From Lama guanicoe (taxonomy: Eukaryota), in NCBI GenBank assembly GCA_013239625.1, contig MU053933.1, positions 2,009,026 to 2,069,025 on the forward strand: a stretch of 60,000 nucleotides of DNA, written 5' to 3'. A model generated the notes under the pieces. The model saw nothing but the letters and a program-made list of their open reading frames with translations, was not told where the DNA came from and did not search any database. Each line of letters starts with the position of its first letter. Position 1 is the first letter of the stretch. A program made the position numbers and the translations under genes. Below are positions 45,249 to 57,200 of this stretch, piece by piece.

Positions 45249-48200
45249 GTGGGCGGGAGCGCGCGGCCGGTCGCCTGCGGGCGGGGGTTCTGCCTGTCCC
45301 CAGGGCCCTGGGGCGCGCCCGCCACCCTCAGCCGGGGCCTGCGGCGCGCGACCAGCAGGTCCTCGTGCGGGGCTGCGCTTTCCGCCGCCTCCTCGTGCCC
45401 ATCCAGGCCCCTGTCCCGAACCCGCCCGGACGAGTCCGGGCCTGCGTACGTGCCACCCACCACGGCCTCTGCGCCCCGCCCGCCGGGGGTGTGACTGCGC
45501 GGCCGGCCCTGGCGGGACGAGACGCTCTCGCCGCCCCTGCCGCTCCGGGCGCTGCCCACACCCCTTCCCCGGTGGCTGTTGTCGGGAGCCCATTTCCTGG
45601 AGGCCACGCCAAGCGGAGGTCGCTGAGGTTCTGAGCAGGTCCCCGCAGGCCTAGAGCCCGCTCTTCCTGGTTCTGAAGCGCAACCCGGGGGCACAGTGCT
45701 TCCCCCAAACCACCACCTCCAGGGTGGCTCTGGGGCATTTTTCCTCAGTGCAGACCTGTTCTCACCGGGCTTGTACAGGGGAAGCCAAAGATGGTGGCCT
45801 TCCCGGTGGCCTGCCCAGCGTCCTACAGCCAGGACCTGGCAGAGCTGGGTGAGTGCCCCTCTTGGGGGTCTGTCCTGGCAGCCCCCTCCTGGGGGCCTGA
45901 CTGCTGCTCTCCAGTGCCTCTGGCCGGGGATGACCAATGTGGCACCTGCTGGGCCTGGGCCTGGCCACACCACACACCTTGAACCCCAGGAGAGACCTTA
46001 AGTAGCCCAGGGAGCAGGCCTGGAAGAAACCCAGCCCGCACCCTTGGGCTGCACGGCTGGGCGAGGTCTGCCTCCTTCCAGATCAGGAGTGTAGACACAT
46101 ACCTCCTCTCCCAGCCTCAGGCCCCACACTCCCCTGTCCCCACTCAGAAGCGGGGAAGAGGTCAGCGGGGAAGAGGTCAGAGGAAGCGGCTCTCACAAGG
46201 GGCAACCCAGGTGGGGGGACAGAGTCAGACGAGTCAGCCACTGTCTGCATCGCCGCCTGCTGCGAGGCGGGAGGCCTCCTGTGGGTTCGAGCTGAGCCCT
46301 CTGGACCTGGCAGGGTGGGCACTGTGCTCTGCAGCACGTCCACAACCCCGCGTGGCCAGAGCACTGGCTGCCTGTTGCTGGGGGGTGGTGGCTCCCTCTC
46401 AGAGGATGGCCAGTGGGCGGGTCCGCGGGAGGAGAGCTGGCGGGGAAGGTGGTCTTGCGGAAGCATCATCCCTGAGACTGGATCCCAGGAAGTGAGAGGG
46501 CTAAACCCGCCTCTCCAGAGAGGTCCTTCGGAGGCAAGGCCCCTCTCCCTGCCTCGTGCGGCTCCGGGTCTCCACCCCAGGCTGCCAGACCCCAGGCTGC
46601 CGTCTGCACAGGGGAGACAGCAGCGCTGGAGGGAAGGCTGGGCTTGATGAACAAGGGCGTGTAGGCAGAGGTGCAGAGGTGCGGAGCCGGTGGGCGGCGT
46701 GCCCCCTCCCCCGGCACAGACCAAATAGGATGAGGGAGCGAGGAGGTGCAGTGCTGCCATCCCAGCAGGTGGGCCAGCTGAGGGCAGAGCCTGTCTGACC
46801 TGCGGGTCTCCACGTGGCCAGCCCTGCCCTGGAACCCTACACAGAACAGGCAGTGCTTCCTGGATGCCTCGGAGTGTGGCCGTCAGCATAACACCGGCTG
46901 GGCTGACCAGCAGCCACCTCACCTCCTGCAGGTGTCCTTGCTTCCCTAGACCCCTGGCGGCTGTCACCATGATTTTCTGGTTGGGGCTTTGAGAGAGGAG
47001 GACTCCGCCAGCTTCCCCAGTTTAGGGCTGGGACCGAGGCCTGGAGGAAGATGAGGGCCAGCTGGCTCTCTGCGGGGTAGGGAGCCTTTCTGGTTTGTAA
47101 GTTCTGAAAGCTAGCCAGTGGGTGTCTGCCCTGGGCCCACTCACTCTTGCTTGCACCACTCTGGGGACCTGGCTCCAGACGGTGGGTTCCCAGTTTGCCC
47201 TCAGGGGCCCTCAGTGCCTTTCAGATAAGGCTGACCTTTTGGGACCTGCTGGTGCCACATGGGCCCTCCCTTGTGTGCTCTCCCATGTGGGTGTGGGGCC
47301 GACAGCAGCTGCAGAGAATGGGTATCCACCCTGATGTGCGCTTGCCTCCCAGATGCTAGCCTGCGTTTGTTGGAACGAGTGAAAACCAGCCAGCCTCATG
47401 GCATGGAAGGCCAGACCCTATCCTGGTTGGGCCAGCCTGGACCAGCTCTGTGATTTGACCCGAGCACTTCCCTCGGGCCCCAGCTTCCCCTTCTGTAAGC
47501 AGTGGGGAGAGGCCAGGATGAGCCACCGGACAGGTTCCTTCCAGCCAGCCTGGAAGCCATGTCCTCTGCCCTTCCTGTTGGCCAGAGTGCCCATCTGTGA
47601 GTTGAGGAAAGGCAGCTGTTCAAGGATGCTACTTTGTACAAAAGTGACTAGAAGGCTGTAAAACAGCCCAGCTCCCCCTCCGTTGACCCCCTGGGTCTTG
47701 GCCCTGGGCGGCCCCAGCCCTGTCCCTCAGTAGCACCCAGGACTGGCCTTTTCCAGGCTGCTCAGTGTAGCTGGTGATGGCCTGTGTTTGCAGGTGAGGG
47801 CTCCCTCCTCATCTCGTCTGTCCCTGCCTGGCTCCGCGTCTTCACATCCGCTGACAATTAGATGCTGACCTGCTGGACTGCATGTGCTCTCAGGCTCACC
47901 TCTTTCCTGTCCGTTTGGCTTTTCCAGGAGCTGATTGTGATGAAAAGTCACCTTAGGGACAAACGCGTCCTCCTCAGCCATCAGTTTGTGATGTCAGTTT
48001 CCTCCAGCAGGAGGTCCTCAGTTGCAGTCTCCCCGGCCCGCTGGAGGGTGAGGGTGACGTGCTGAGGGTCAGAGGGTCAAGGGTCAAGGGTCGAGGCGTG
48101 GTCCGTCAGCTGCAGCTCTTCTCCTGCCAGCTCCTCTGACCCTCGGGGCTTATGGCTGCTGCCCAGGGTTATTTCGAGAAAGAAAAGCAGATTAAAGGCA

Positions 48201-51200
48201 ACTAAATAGGCTCTTTTAGGAAGGCAGCTTACAGCGAGGTTTACTAGGCAAGGAAACCCACGCCCTCAGGCCTCTGTCTCCATGGCAGCCGGTACAATCC
48301 CTTTCCAAGATTTGAGAGTGTAATATGGTCATTTGCTCTCTGCCCCGAGACTGCAAACAGTACCTTAAGCCTGGGGCCCTCTGCTGTCCTTGGGGCTCCG
48401 GACGAGGCCTCCAGGCTGGCTAGGGGATGGCCATGACCTCTGGTTGGACGGTGGCCTGGGTCTCCGGCCACTGCCCCCCCCCCGTCCCCACCCTCTCTCC
48501 TCACCCACCCGGAACTGCTGGCCTCCCTCCTGCTCCGGGAGGCGGGGCTTGGACCTTGAGCCCCAAGTGGCCTCACCCCAGCAAGGGCGGCCAGGGGAGG
48601 CAGATACCTGAGAGTGAAAAGCCTCGGCTGGCCAAGGCCCAAGAGGTGGCCGGATGCTTCTGCAGGACCCAGAGCCTGCTGAGGGGCGCTGGGGGGTGGG
48701 GGCAGCATTGCAGCTGTTTCATCTTATCTGGCAGGGGCGGCGAGGGCAGGCAGGGCTGGGAGGCCAGGCAGGGCAAGGAGAGTGCAGCTCACAGCCCCCT
48801 GGCCTCAGGCAGCAGGACTTTCGGCCCTTCAGATCTAGGTTCTGGGGGCAGCCGAGCTGTCTAGGGGTGTGCATGTGGGGTGCACTCTCTGGGCGCCTGC
48901 CCTTAACTTCGATTTCTGCAACCCCACTCCCATCCCTTTGGGAGACGAGAGACATTTATGATTTCTTTAGAAATGGGATTTTCTTGCTAAAGGCAGATGT
49001 GTAAGCCATGGGCATGGCCAGCTCAGGGTCCGTCTGGCCTCTGCTCCACTGACCCTGGCCCTGCCCTCACCTGCTGGGATTTCTCATCTGCAGAATGAGG
49101 ATAGTGGCAAATTCCCCAGCTGATTTCCCAGGAGCTGTGTGCCGGGAGCCTTGGGCTGGAACCTGTGGGCTGTGGGCCCGGAGCCATGGGCCGTGGGCAG
49201 GGAGTCATGGGCTGGGAGCTGTGGGCCGAGAGCTGTAGGCCACGGGGTGAGAGCTGTGGGCCGTGGGCCGGGAGCCATGGGCCGTGGGCAGGGAGTCATG
49301 GGCTGGGAGCTGTGGGCCGAGAGCTGTAGGCCACGGGGCGGGAGCTGTGGGCCGTGGGCCAGGAGCTGTGGGCTGTGGGCTGGGAGCCCTGGGCCAGGAG
49401 CTAGGGCCGTAGGCCGGGAGCCATGGGCTGTGGGCCAGGAGCTGTGGGCCGTGGGCCTGCCCTGGGAGAGGCTCTTCCTGCAGAGCTCTTCCTGAGGTTC
49501 TCACTGCTGTCCAGCCCTCAATGCCTTGTCTGAGAGCTGCTCACTCCCTGGGCCCTGCCTCCAGGCTGCAGACAGGGTGAGACTTGTGTAATCAGGGTAA
49601 TGGTCAAGAGTCATCGAGTTGGGGTCACCATGTGGACCACGCATGCTCTAGGGATTCTGTGGGTGACGGCACTCCTGCAGGATGCCCAAGCTGCTAGGAA
49701 CTGCCCCTCCACCAGCTCAGGGGGCCCGGAGGGCAGGTAAGGGCTTTCCCAGCCTTGGGGACAGACCACAGGACGTGAGTGTGGGCTCTGGGCCAGGCCT
49801 GCGGGAGGAAGGCGGGGGAGCAGGGGTGGTCCCCGGGACGAGACTGAGCACAGGTCACCTCTGTGATCAGACCCCCAGACCTGGCATCAGAGGCTGGGAC
49901 CTGGGTGGGTGGCCTTGGCCAACTTTCTTCCTCTTGAAGACCAGTGTCTGTCCTGCCCGTCCCACTGATAGCTTTTGTGACAGGAAAGAAGGTTTGAGGC
50001 AAATTGCCTCTAGCCGCTGATTCCCAGGCCTCAGCCATGGCCCCCTGCCAGGTGGCAGTCAGGGTGGGGGCTGGGCCTGCCCCGGGTGCCCGCACAGGGC
50101 CACCCACCTGGTATCTGACCTGGCATTCTCTGGGCTTGCGGGGGCTGCAGCTGTGCCCGTCAGGCCACCTGGAGGCCCCGTCCCACCCTCAGACAGCAGC
50201 AGGGGCTGCTGCGTTGGGCCACTGCTGGTGCACCTGCCCCCGTGGGGCCGTCCATGGGGCTTCCTCGGGTTGTGCCTTGTGAGCCCTACTATGGGCCAGG
50301 CCCGCGGGAACTGACCGCATGGGAACGGGAGTGAGGTTCCATTGGACTCTTTTGAGTATTTCTTGTGAGCTGCACCCTCTTCTTGCCCCATGATTGTCTG
50401 TCTTTCCAGGAAGCCTATACTGCAGGATAGCTGCTGTAGACAGGGGCTGGGGCCAGAGGTTAAGGAAGAGAGGTGACCCCCGAGCCTGGTGGCCCCGGTG
50501 TGCATGAGGCCATTCAGCTGACTGCCTGAGGCCGCCAGACCCACCCAGTGAGGCAGGAAGCCCCATAAAAAGACAGGCAGGGCCACTACTCTCCTGCCAG
50601 CACCATCCGGTTCCCTGGCTCAGAGGCTGTATCTCACTTTTTGCCTCTGAAACGGCTTACTTACCCCTAAAATTCTGTTGGTTCCCTGAGCTCACTTCTG
50701 ATTGGTTATTTCCTTCACTCCTGATTAGTTATTTCCCTAACTCCTGATTGGTTCATTTCCCTAACTTCTGATTGGTCCATTTGTAGTACTTCATTTGCAT
50801 GGAGCTCACTCCTGATTGGTTATTTCTCTCCCTCCTAATTGGTCCATTTCTACAAAGCTTGTTCTTAATTAGTCAACTTTTCTTGTACCTCATTTGCATA
50901 TGATGGTGCAACGTGTAAACTGGCAGCTTATAAAAGCCAGTGTAACCCTACAGACGGGTCCAGAGCTCGGAGTGTTAAGTCCTGTGGGCCCACTGGTGTA
51001 ATAAACCTGAGTTCTCTTACTCTCCGAGTGCTGTTTGGTCTTTCGCCTGGATTCAGGTAGCTGTTACAACTGAGCTGTAACACTGAGCTGTAACACAATT
51101 TTCCGCAACACCAACAGTCCCAGACCCTAGCCTTAGGGGGCGCTGTCCTCCCTTGTCCCATGAAGGCCACTCTCCAGGCTGTGGGGCAGGGGGTTTATGG

Positions 51201-54200
51201 CCTCAGGGCCAAGGGACTCTGACTTTCAGGTATCCCCTGAGCTGCCCCCCAGTGTGGTGGCCCAGAGTCCAGCAGAGGCTGAGGGTGGGTTTGGAAGGCT
51301 GCTGCCCACTGTGTCCCACCTGTCTTCCCTTTTCATCCTGGGGCCATGCACCCGACTTGCTGAGATTCCCCCAGGTCCGGGTCTGGCCACAGGAGCAGGA
51401 GGGGTGTGGTGCTGAGCAGCAGGGGCCGCAGGTGAGCAGGAGGCAGGCTGAGGCTAGACACAACGTGGCAGGTTTGCACCTGCCTGTCCTCCAGACTCTG
51501 GCGGAATCCAGTCCAGGTGGGGACCTTCCTGGGGCAGCTTATTTCCAAATGCTTGGAAGCTGGAACGACACTAGGGGTGGGGTTCACCCTGTGCTGGGCT
51601 TGGGCTCCTGGCTCAGTGTCCCCTGAGATGCGGGGAGCAAAGGTCCAGGGCCCCGACACCCCGAGTCTCCACTAACGGGCGTCTCCCTGCCCCCTCGCAG
51701 GCATGAACGCTGCCGTTCGAGCTGTCACGCGCATGGGCATTTACGTGGGGGCCAAGGTCTTCCTCATCTATGAGGTAAGGTGCTGGGTGGGCTGCGTGCT
51801 CTGGCCGGGAGCAGGGGGAGGAGGGGAGTGAGGCGTGGGGGAGGGAGGCAGGATGGTCGATCCTGTCCCAGCACAGTCATTGTCATTGTTCAATCCCTGA
51901 GGCCCAGGCCCAGAGAGAGGCTGGTCAGGACGGACGGGTGGGGCGGGGGCGGCCCTGCTCCGGGATGGTGGTGGGGAGCCCTCCCTCCAGCATGGGGACT
52001 TGTGGTTGGGTGCGTCACTTGAGAGAGAAGGGCATGAAGCTGCCTCCTGGGAGGCCCGGGACCTCACCCCGACCTGATCCCCAGCCCTCTCATGTCCTCA
52101 TTACCTAAACCTGAGTTTGCATTACCCTCAAACTGTTTACAGCAAATAGCCTCCTTGCACAAAGCAACAGAGTATCATTGTTCCATCTCATTCTGGCCCC
52201 AGATGCTGCCCACTTTGCTTTATATCTCCCCCAGTCCATCCCCCACAAATCCCTGTCTCCAATTTGGGGCACACGTATGCGTGCGTGTGCACGTGTGCGC
52301 GTGTACACGTGCCCTAGAATTCTCTTGTGCTTTGTTACTTTGTTTCCTTGCTTTACTAGAATGTAGTGAATGCCCTACTCTGCTCCTTCCGGAGCTTCGC
52401 TTCTCCCACCTTGGGTGTGTCCGAGTCCTGTCCCTCTGCCCTGGCCCAGGTCAGGCCCTTCTCCGCCAGCCCTGGCTGTACGGGGCTGCCTGAATGTTCT
52501 GGAGGCCCCACCCTCCCACAGGATCTGGACCCTCAGACCAGGCTTCGATGGCCAGGACCCTGCAAGGCCCTAGGTCATATTTGGGAAGTACATAGCTTCA
52601 GAGTCTCAGGGACCTGTGGCCTCAGGAGCTGGACAGGTGGGACCCTCGCCCTGATAATGGTGTAGAACCTTCTGGAGGACAGGGTGAGATTCTTCAGGGA
52701 GTGGCCTAGTTTTGTGGACAAGTGGCCTCCAATCAAGGAGGGGAGGGCCCAATGCCCGGCTCCCGGAGGTCATACACACGTGACGGGGCATCCCTTCACC
52801 TCCCTGACCGTCCGTTTCTTTTTCTTTGAAGTGGGGAGGCGAGGGCATGAAAGCTAGTGCAATGTTGAGAGTAAAGGCACTTTTCACAGCCCTGACCCTG
52901 AAACGGGCTCGGTGAATGGGGCTGTTTTTATTCACCTGTGGCTTAGAGCTCAGAGCTCAGAGCTGACACAAGGCCGGCTGCGGGAAGGGCGCTGGGACTG
53001 CAGCCCGTTCTGAGGCTGCCAGGGTGTCTGGCCAGGCAGGAGTGGAGAAGGCAGAAGGAGGGGAGAGGGGAGGGGTGACACAAAGTGGATGGGGGTTCGC
53101 GAAGACATTCTCGAAGTTTCCCGGGCCAGGAAAGGAGGGTGTGTCCGTGAAGCTTCGACTCCAGCTGGGAGATACCTAGCTTGTCGGGGTCTCTGGGGAT
53201 TACCGGGGTGCACAGTGGGGCTGGGGTTGGGCTGCCCCGTGCGTGGGCTCTGTGCCCGACCCTGGGGCTGCAGGCAGGGCCGCCCGCGCTGGGCCGTGCC
53301 TGCTGTGGGGCTTCAGGTTTTCTCCCTCTTTTCCATACGGGGAGGCAGGGGGTGGTGTTCGTCCTAGTGGCCGAAATCCTTACCAGAGGAGAGGGGGGAC
53401 GAGGCCTGGCCTGAGTTGGAGAAGGTGGCTTGATGGTCTTTCAGGTCCTTCAGGTGGAGGGCCGTCCTTTGGCCCCGGGAACCTTCTCTGAGGCCTGCTT
53501 CCTTCTCCCACCCCCAAGGGCGGGAGCAGCTGCCCCGCCTGCCCCCAGGCCTCGCTGCCCAGGAGCTGCAGGCCCCGTGACCGAATGACAAGGGTGGTAG
53601 GAGAGAAGGTGGGTCACATAGCAGACGCCCAGAGCCGAGCCCCAGGCAGCAGCGGTGGCTCATGGAGGGGCTGGGGAGGCCTGCGTGGAGGAGGCGGCCT
53701 TGCTCATCTCGGCTCGGTGGTGCTGTGTCTTCTCACCATTTTTGAAAGCGTGTGTGCTCTCTCCAGACTGTATAAAGAACGCCTTCTAACGGAAAGGTGT
53801 CAGGAACACGATAGACGAGACGGGCAGGGCGCTGGGGCAGCCTGCCTGGCCGAGGCTGTCCAGGGGGCCGTAGGGAAGAAACTCAGGGGGAACCACCTGC
53901 AGGGACCACACGCAGCCTCCACGGTGGAGACCAGCACAGCCCGGCGCTGTGGGGCTGAGCGCCCAGAGGCCCCACCGCGTTGCCAGTAGGCGAGGAGGTC
54001 ACCTCAAGCACGTGTGGCCGTGCCGTTGGTGGCTGGTCCCACACCCAGCGACCCAGGAGCCCTTTCCTGGGAGACATGTATTTTTAGCAGCATTATTTCC
54101 AATAGCCCCAAACCGGATCCCTTGGGAATGTCCATTGACAGGGGACAGATCGTAAACATGGGCCCGCATGGGGGCCTCCTGCACGGCAGCGAGTGTAGAC

Positions 54201-57200
54201 ACTGCTGCCCACGCCCCTTGGGGCCTCGCAGACGCTGGCCTGGTGAGGGGAGCGAGACACAGAGCGGGTGCTGCACTGTCATTTCCGCATCCAGTCAATG
54301 CCCTTGGGAGGTGGGCAGCGGGCGCTTCTGGGAGGGGGGTCCCGGAAGGGCAGAGGGGCTGCTGGGCTGCTTCTGTTTCCATCCCGGGCGTGGTGGCCCG
54401 GTGTGGCTCGTGGTCACTCATCAACGGGGCTGCCCTTGACAGGAGTTACGCTGCATGATAAACCGTCCTGCAGGCCCTGCAGAGGGGCTCCGGAAGGCCC
54501 GTTTGGGGGCCCCTGTCTCTCCCTTGATAGCCCCTGACTCTGGGTGACCCAGGCCCTGGGGGTAGAGGGGCCTTGGCGGTCGGGACCCCTGGGCCCGCTT
54601 CCTGCCTGATGGGGTTTTGGCTGAGGTTCCACCGGTCCTGCTTCCATCGATGGTGCTGTCTGGATGCTGTGTGCGCCCATCTCATGCTGTCCTCTTGGTT
54701 TCAGGGCTACGAGGGCCTCGTGGAAGGAGGCGAGAACATCAAGCCGGCCAACTGGCTCAGTGTCTCCAACATCATCCAACTGGTGAGGCTGCAGTTGGTG
54801 ACTAAGAGGAAGACACAGACACACACAGGACAGACCCAGAGGGACACAGACACACCCAGAGACACACAGACACACAGAGGGACACACGGACACACACAGG
54901 ACAGACCCAGGGGGACACAGCCCTTCTGGGTCCCCCAGTCTCTGTCTGCCCAATACCGGGATTCCTCTGGTCCCTGCTGGTGCAGGCTCCCTCTCCTCCA
55001 TGCAGGGCGGCACCGTCATTGGCAGCGCCCGCTGCAAGGCCTTCACCACGCGGGAGGGCCGCCTGGCTGCGGCCTACAACCTCGTGCAGCGTGGCATCAC
55101 CAACCTGTGTGTCATCGGTGGGGATGGCAGCCTTACGGGCGCCAACATCTTCCGCAGCGAGTGGGGCAGCCTGCTGGAGGAGCTGCTGAAGGAAGGTGGG
55201 TCCGTATCCGAGCCCGGACAGAGCGCCTTGAGCTGGGGAGCAGGCAAGACGTTGCCTGGCTGCCAGCTGGGAGGAGGGGTCCTGTCCTGGCCCAAGGCCG
55301 GGTTAACCCTGGACGGCTCCCTGAGCCGAGGGCCTGGTTTGGCGGGGAGTGAGGTCAGTGAGCCCGAGGCCGCGGGGTCTCAGTGTCCGGGACCCGCAGG
55401 CAGTGCTGTCCCCCCAGGGCTGGATGGCAGCTCCCAGGTGGACTCACCAGCGCTAAGTGTGTGATTCCCAGATGTAGGTTACGGACTTCTCAGTTTGCAG
55501 CAGTGTAATAGTTAAAATTTAATAACTTTAGACACAAAGTTCCAGGGTCCTTGGGTTGGAAAGTGACCTCTTGGAGCTCGGTCAGTTCTGTGCCACTCGT
55601 GGGGGACCTGGAGACGAGGGGTGCACTCTTTGAGGCTCCCCGGAGGTCTCCTGGTCGGTGGTGAGTCTGCTCTTGGTATCAAAGGTTCAGCTACTGCCCG
55701 CGCTGCTCCCCTGGCTCCCCGGGAGTCCCACTGCTGGACCTGGGGAGGGGGACCAGAGCCTTCGGACCTGACCAGGCTTCACTGCTGGGTGGGCTGGGGG
55801 TGCGGATCGGGGTAGAAGTCTCGAGCCGTGTGTGGTGGCCGAGGGAGCCGGGTAGGAGTGGTGAGGCTGCAGCCCACCCCGGCTCCTCTTTCTCCAGGCA
55901 AGATCTCAGAAAGCACGGCTCAGACCTACTCGCACCTGAACATCGCTGGGCTGGTGGGCTCCATCGATAACGACTTCTGCGGCACCGACATGACCATCGG
56001 CACAGACTCGGCCCTGCACCGCATCATGGAGGTCATCGATGCCATCACCACCACCGCCCAGAGGTGAGCGGGGCCCGCAGCACCCAGCGCCCGGCCGCCG
56101 CCCGGCAGGCGAGCTCAGGGGCCCGTCTTCCGGCGAGGCCGCTGCTCTGCGTTGTCTGCGTAATTCTGTCCCTGGGAGACTGTACTGACTACCTACCTGG
56201 CTGGGGGGTGATGAATAGGAGGGTGAGCACAGGGGCTTGGGGTTAGGGTCCCCAGCCCGTCAGGTTGCCCGGAGCCCCAGCTGTGCAGCCGGCTCTGACA
56301 GGCTGCCTACGGCCCTGGGGCCATGGTGACTCCCCCAGGGGTCCCCAGGCTAGAGGCTAGTGAGGCCAGGCCCAGGCAAGGTAAGTGGCTTTCAGCCTCA
56401 GGAGCAGATCAGTGAAAACCAGCCTGCAGCTGGCTCTGAGCCCGACAGGTGGCTCTTAGCGCAGAGGCCTGGCCGCCCTTGAGTGACAAAGGCTGCCTGT
56501 CCTCGGGCTGCTCCCTTGTCCTTGGTGTCTCCTGGGCACTCCCTTGGCAGAGGTGGGGCCGTGGGAGGCCCGGACTCACAGCTCAGCTCAGCTCAGCTCA
56601 GCGGGGCTGGGCACTGATGCCATCTGCCCTTTCTGCGTCCACAGCCATCAGAGGACCTTTGTGCTGGAGGTGATGGGACGACACTGCGGGTAAGGGGGCT
56701 GCCCTGGTGAGCTGGGGGGCCCTTGGCTTTGGGGGAGTGGGAGTAGAGGCTTGGCACCTCCCTGGTGGCTGGCACATAGCAGGTGTTCACTTAACGCTGT
56801 AGGTGTGAAAGCCGGGGGTGTGGGGAGTCCTGACTCTGGGGCTGGATGCAGCTCAGAGATGTACCTCCCCCGAGACCCAGGGTCCAGAGTCTGGCCCACC
56901 CCACTCAATCAGCATCCCTCCTGCTCCTCCAGGTACCTGGCCCTGGTGTCTGCCCTGGCCTCGGGAGCTGACTGGCTCTTCATCCCGGAGGCCCCCCCTG
57001 AGGACGGCTGGGAGAACTTCATGTGCGAGAGGCTTGGCGAGGTGAGCGCTAAGGGTCTCTTCCCAGAGAGCAGGTGTCCTGGAGCAGTGTCACTGGGATG
57101 GTGCGGCCAGCTCTGGCTGGGCCGTCTTCACTCTGGTTCAGCAAGCACCTGCAGGTGTCCCTCTGGGGGCGGCCCCAGCGAGGAGTGGGGATGGGTTCGG

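Larger units (their letters stand above)
44730..45620 (+). promoter_or_regulatory. PFKL CpG-island promoter, exon 1 and start of intron 1
   Basis: Very CpG-dense and TATA-less, with GC boxes (ccccgccc, ggggcggg) and a strong Kozak context gccgccATGG. Confidence 0.85.
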
